Shown here piece after piece: positions 17,291 to 20,000 of a stretch of DNA of 20,000 nt (its first letter is position 1; each line of letters begins with the position of its first letter). The translations under genes and the position numbers were made by a program. The notes beneath the pieces were generated by a model. That model was not told where the DNA came from and ran no database searches. It was given only the letters and a program-made list of their open reading frames with translations. Location of the stretch: the NCBI GenBank assembly GCA_963976765.1, contig CAXBME010000009.1:232416-252415 (forward strand), in the 5' to 3' direction. The DNA comes from an uncultured Planctomycetaceae bacterium. GTDB lineage: Bacteria; Planctomycetota; Planctomycetia; Planctomycetales; Planctomycetaceae.

Positions 17291-17359
17291 CTTTCAGGGC
17301 TCCTCCGGAACTGTTTCAGGCCCGTTTCGTATGACATTCAAAAAACTTCAGAATCCCGC

Positions 17360-17391
17360 TTGACCTTACACTTACGTGCAACGTCGATAAT
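17360..17391 (+). promoter_or_regulatory. MerR-type long-spacer promoter
   Basis: TTGACC(17360-65)-20 nt-GATAAT(17386-91), with the imperfect dyad ACCTTACAC-ttac-GTGCAACGT (7/9) spanning the spacer. Confidence 0.78.
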
Positions 17392-17446
17392 AGAGATCGT
17401 TGAGGACTCGAACAAGACGGTCGACAGCACGGCGAGGAGTTGAGCG

Positions 17447-19018
17447 ATGACGGACGTGGCCACCAAAACTGACATGAACACAGCGGTGAAGACTGTCTGC
17501 CCGGTCTGCAGTAGCAAGGCGAAACGGGTCAGCAGCGTGACGCTGCGGGCATTACTGAAGGAAGACGTTGCAGCACAGATTGCCGGAGCCGATTCGCACT
17601 CGTGCTGTGAGACGACCGGCTCCGACGCAGCGGGGTGTCAGCCCGTTGCTGAGGACACAGGCTGGAGGTTCTGCGACTCGCCCGACTGCGACGTCGTCTA
17701 CTTCTCGGAGCAGGACGACACGACGTTTACGAAGCCGCAACTCCGAGTTGACGTCGGCATCAAAGAAGCCGCCGGTGAGCGACCGCTGTGTTACTGCTTT
17801 GGACATTCGGTCGAAAGCATGAAGTCCGAACTGCGAACATCCGGCAGCAGCGAAGCGCTGGCAGACATCCGGGCGAAAATGAAAGACCCCGGTTGCCGGT
17901 GTGAAACCGAGAACCCGTCCGGTTCGTGCTGTCTCGGCAGTGTGGCCAGGGGCTTGAAGGTCGCTCAACTGGAAATCGGTGTGAGCGACGACGAACTGCC
18001 ACCTGCTTCGATCGATGGGGACGCGAAGAAGTCGACGACGGGCCGCGGTGAAAAGATCGCCACGGCCGGGACGTTGATTTCAGCGTTCATGGCGTCGAGC
18101 TGTTGCTGGCTGCCGCTGGTGCTGTTGGCCGTAGGAGTTTCTGGAGCCGGGATCGCTGCAACACTGGAAGAGTTCCGACCGTATTTCATGGTCGTGACAT
18201 TCGGCTTCCTCGGAGCAGCCTTCTACTTCACCTACCGCCCGAAGAAACTCGCGGCGGATGGCGGTCAGGACTGTTGTGCTCCACAGGCGACGACCACGGC
18301 CGACTGCTGCACACCGTCTTCAGGACGCCGCTTCAGCATGATGGCATTGAACAAGGCGATGCTGTGGGGAGTCACAGTGCTGGCCGTCGCGTTCCTGTTC
18401 TTTCCAGGTTACGTCGGCGCATTTCTCGGCGGTGATGGAAAAACAGTGACGGAAGACATGAATCGGGCCGTCATCCAACTCGACGGCATGACCTGCGAAA
18501 CCTGCGCAGCGAATGTCATAAACGCTGTTCGCAAAGTTCCCGGTGTGCTTGCCGTCGAAGTCGACTACGCCAAAAGCGAAGCGGTCGTCGGCAGCGAGTT
18601 CTGCTGCCCGATTCCGAAGGAGCAGATTCTGACCGCCATTAAGAACGCAGGCTTCAGTGCTACCGTTATCAGAGAATTGCCATCCCGGCTGACGACGGGT
18701 TCAGTCCGACCAGCGGAACGCCCGGCATTCGCGAAAATTACACCGTCGCTCCATGAGCTTCCCAGCGACGCGAGCGAGTTCCGACAGATGTTCAAGTGGG
18801 AGCCGCAGAAGCCTTCGGACACCTCGACTGCAGAAGTCAGACTTTCCAGTTCGAGATGGATGGCATCTGACGCGTCAATCTGTCGTCAATGTTCCATCTT
18901 CAATCAGCCGCTCAGCGGCAAATTCAATGACCTTCAGCAAAGTTCGACCGGCAGGTTGCTGGAGCAGATTCAAACCGGCGAATGTATGATCGGCCGGTGC
19001 GTGAACAACGCCCGCTGA
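17447..19018 (+). CDS. Cys-rich metal-binding fusion: CopZ-N-terminal-like Zn/[2Fe-2S] domain + MerT-like transporter + HMA domain
   Basis: AGGAG RBS. CPVC, FCDSPDCDVVYF, LCYCF, CRCETENPSGSCCL; MerT-like SSCCWLPLVLLAVGVSGAG...FRPYF with 3 TM helices; GMTCETC HMA motif. The tail beyond about 18800 is probably non-native. Confidence 0.85.
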   Translation: MTDVATKTDMNTAVKTVCPVCSSKAKRVSSVTLRALLKEDVAAQIAGADSHSCCETTGSDAAGCQPVAEDTGWRFCDSPDCDVVYFSEQDDTTFTKPQLRVDVGIKEAAGERPLCYCFGHSVESMKSELRTSGSSEALADIRAKMKDPGCRCETENPSGSCCLGSVARGLKVAQLEIGVSDDELPPASIDGDAKKSTTGRGEKIATAGTLISAFMASSCCWLPLVLLAVGVSGAGIAATLEEFRPYFMVVTFGFLGAAFYFTYRPKKLAADGGQDCCAPQATTTADCCTPSSGRRFSMMALNKAMLWGVTVLAVAFLFFPGYVGAFLGGDGKTVTEDMNRAVIQLDGMTCETCAANVINAVRKVPGVLAVEVDYAKSEAVVGSEFCCPIPKEQILTAIKNAGFSATVIRELPSRLTTGSVRPAERPAFAKITPSLHELPSDASEFRQMFKWEPQKPSDTSTAEVRLSSSRWMASDASICRQCSIFNQPLSGKFNDLQQSSTGRLLEQIQTGECMIGRCVNNAR

Positions 19019-19414
19019 GTCCTTCCACGGATATTCACAGTTGTCCGGTCGCTGACCATCCGCGTCGAGGTTGGGATGGAGGTACTCGATTTCCTGAGCC
19101 AGCAGTTTGATGTTCCGCAGACGTTCATCGTATTTGGCCGGTTGCTTGCCGGTACGAATGGCGAACTGATGACGTGCGATCACAGGAAGATTCTTCGCGA
19201 CGTAGGCGTGGCTGCTTTGAATCTCGTCCGGGTCCGATCCAGACGAACACAAATGTGCCTTGGTCAGCTTTTCGCAAGCCATCTGCAACATGTGCAGTTT
19301 TTCACACGCTGCGACATCTGATGCAGCTTCGAGATGCTGCCATGCCTTATAATCGGCCTGCGACTGCCGGGCGAACGCGACCTGCCATTTACGGGCATTC
19401 TCCTTATCCGGCAC
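18875..19414 (-). CDS. HEPN-like protein
   Basis: GTG 19414 behind GGAG, overlapping the upstream gene's end. AFARQSQADY...LHMLQMACEKLTKAHL (compare HEPN QQAxEKxLKA)...SH...RPDNCEYPW; predicted all-helical. Confidence 0.6.
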   Translation of the reverse strand: MPDKENARKWQVAFARQSQADYKAWQHLEAASDVAACEKLHMLQMACEKLTKAHLCSSGSDPDEIQSSHAYVAKNLPVIARHQFAIRTGKQPAKYDERLRNIKLLAQEIEYLHPNLDADGQRPDNCEYPWKDSAGVVHAPADHTFAGLNLLQQPAGRTLLKVIEFAAERLIEDGTLTTD

Positions 19415-19754
19415 CGGCGGCTCCGTTGTCCTCACGCGGAAACTCTTCTCCGAGCGACCAGCCTTCAGGCAGCGGGAGGGAGTGAGCCTGAATCGCTTCG
19501 TATTCAAGTGGCGTCACTTCAACGATCACTGACGGATAGGGAATGCCACTTCCGAGATCAGGACCGAATTGCAGAGGCATAATTCCGGACGGGATGGTTG
19601 TGTTGTTGATTTCCAGCAGCTTGATGGGTTCGTTCGGCTGAAACTCGACGTCGGCGCTGCCACGAATACGCACGATCATTGATACGTCCGGCTCAAACCG
19701 ATAATGCGCCTGCGCCAGTGACTGGGCAACTTCGTCTTTACTCGGCTCTGGCAT
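19404..19754 (-). CDS. Small acidic protein, divergent MNT-like partner of the HEPN-like gene
   Basis: AGGAGG RBS before ATG 19754; 116 aa; IRGSADVEFQPNEPIKLLEI...PSVIVEVTPLEYE. Confidence 0.6.
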   Translation of the reverse strand: MPEPSKDEVAQSLAQAHYRFEPDVSMIVRIRGSADVEFQPNEPIKLLEINNTTIPSGIMPLQFGPDLGSGIPYPSVIVEVTPLEYEAIQAHSLPLPEGWSLGEEFPREDNGAAGAG

Positions 19755-19906
19755 TTTCCCTCCTGCGACATTCCTGAAAACGACCGTTATTGAAGACTTC
19801 ATTGTCGGCTCCACGCCACCATCCGTCCAGACCATCGTTGAAGTTGACATCGCTTCAGTTGCGACTGTTTTCAACAAATTTGTGCCAGACAGCAGAGTGG
19901 ATGTAT

Positions 19907-20000
19907 TCAACGCTGCGGAGCACCACAGTTGAACGTGACTTCGGCGGGGTCGTAGACGAGTTGGATCGTGCTGTGCTGGATATTGAAGTGGGTACGGCAG
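19907..20000 (-). CDS. Probable C-terminus of a cation diffusion facilitator (CzcD/ZitB-like)
   Basis: Hand translation: CRTHFNIQHSTIQLVYDPAEVTFNCGAPQR*, resembling the CDF terminal F-x-I-x-H-x-T-I-Q motif. Only 30 codons are visible. Confidence 0.4.
   Translation of the reverse strand, partial: CRTHFNIQHSTIQLVYDPAEVTFNCGAPQR

Noticed and set aside
1..20000. tRNA/rRNA genes, transposases, integrases, CRISPR arrays, clear intrinsic terminators
   Set aside because: None recognised. The hairpins seen (e.g. about 11181-11198) lack a convincing U-tract.

Overview
GC-rich bacterial DNA, very probably a planctomycete (two DUF1559-type prepilin genes and a planctomycete-style cytochrome c). All family assignments come from motif recognition, not database searches. 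Left (1-4373, minus strand): an asnB-like amidotransferase / ACP / adenylating enzyme / NadE-like cluster. The rest is a mosaic metal-homeostasis and accessory region. It holds (i) a His-rich diheme cytochrome c lipoprotein plus a DUF1559 gene; (ii) a decayed merR relic; (iii) an insert with a controller(C)-protein-like HTH gene beside a perfect 36-bp palindrome, a lipoprotein, a 50-aa membrane peptide and a dual-OB + DUF488 + DUF488 operon (candidate defence or DNA-repair module); (iv) a LysR gene, a LysR box and a nonsense-interrupted sterol-desaturase-family gene; (v) a mer-like operator followed by a merR truncated after 18 codons; (vi) mntR with tandem operators divergent from a DUF1559 + unknown polytopic membrane protein operon; (vii) an intact merR divergent from a CopZ-N-terminal-like/MerT/HMA fusion; (viii) an MNT-like/HEPN-like gene pair; and (ix) the probable C-terminus of a CDF transporter at the right edge.
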